Virus record (IMG/VR): IMGVR_UViG_3300044652_000025
Location: 87,491-151,490 of that record
From: a virus
Taxonomy: Duplodnaviria > Caudoviricetes
Direction: 5' to 3' (one strand)
Length of the DNA: 64,000 bases
Made by a program: the position numbers and the translations under genes. Shown piece by piece: positions 63,585 through 64,000 of this stretch. The number at the start of each line of letters is the position of its first letter. Positions within the stretch are counted from its first letter, which is position 1. The notes under the pieces were generated by a model. It was given only the letters and a program-made list of their open reading frames with translations. It was not told the origin of the DNA and searched no databases.

Positions 63585-63670
63585 TAAGCGAACTCAACTC
63601 CGAGATAGATGGCAGCGCGAACGAGCCAACCGGCGATCTCGGCCCGGGGAAGCGCCGTGATACAGGTCAT
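63584..63670 (-). CDS. 28-aa linker mini-ORF
   Basis: ATGA and TAATG overlaps; ends GVEFA like the upstream gene. Confidence 0.4.
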   Translation of the reverse strand: MTCITALPRAEIAGWLVRAAIYLGVEFA

Positions 63671-64000
63671 GCAAATTCAACTCCCGCCGCCGTCACGGTC
63701 AACGCCGCGGCGGCGCTGGCCAGCATGGAGATGAACCCACCGGTGGCCAGGATCTGGCTGAAGGTGTAGATCACCGTCGAGTAGGCCGGAATCGCCTCCT
63801 GTGACACCACGTTGTTGGCGGCGCTGGCGGTGCCGCCGCTGGCCACGAACGACATGGTGAAGTTGACCGCCGCCCCGGTCGTGTTGCAGACCACGATCTC
63901 CTTGACGATCGTCGAGGTGGCGGCCGGGACCGTGTAGCCACCGGAGGCATAGCTGGTCCCGGGCTGCACCTGGAACAGTTGCTTCGGGGTGAAGGTCGCC
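63667..64000 (-). CDS. Small virion protein (5' end beyond window)
   Basis: Frame reads ATFTPKQLFQVQPG...YTVPAATSTIVKEIVVCN...GVEFA. Confidence 0.75.
   Translation of the reverse strand, partial: ATFTPKQLFQVQPGTSYASGGYTVPAATSTIVKEIVVCNTTGAAVNFTMSFVASGGTASAANNVVSQEAIPAYSTVIYTFSQILATGGFISMLASAAAALTVTAAGVEFA

Noticed and set aside
1-64000. tRNA, rRNA, integrase, transposase, or reverse transcriptase/DGR
   Set aside because: None recognised by eye; a tRNAscan-SE/HMM run would be needed to exclude them formally.

Overview
64 kb of a high-GC (Actinomycetota-type) tailed phage with a contractile tail. Gene content and order resemble the Bxz1/cluster-C-like actinobacterial myoviruses (from recall, not a database search). 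Nearly all genes are on the minus strand. Read in transcription direction (right to left): virion appendage/fibre genes with a glycosyltransferase and methyltransferase; a papain-like peptidase flanked by small membrane proteins; a few accessory genes; a 1655-aa head protease/scaffold polyprotein; capsid decoration and major capsid proteins; neck, sheath, tube, frameshifted tail chaperone and tape measure; baseplate and fibre genes; an SNF2-like helicase; a divergent regulatory island (about 10.3-12.6 kb) rich in structured non-coding sequence; small early genes; a DinG helicase; an HTH protein; an Sm/Hfq-like protein; a DnaC-like loader; and a DnaB helicase that runs off the left edge (missing from the ORF track) and carries a class-3 LAGLIDADG intein. 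Most notable: (i) a recurrent 5'-leader hairpin with a YCCSCCAG loop and covarying stems, a candidate ~155-nt ncRNA and a phage Sm/Hfq-like gene, together suggesting an RNA-level regulatory layer; (ii) a bipartite CCTGTC-N21-23-AAGGGRYGA motif before 8 structural transcription units; (iii) cargo domains inserted in the head protease/scaffold and delimited by (K/R)-x-A sites; (iv) a duplicated two-gene cassette of a beta-rich protein plus a 4x17-aa repeat protein, and families of anchor-plus-variable-payload virion proteins. Functional calls rest on manually recognised motifs and synteny only.
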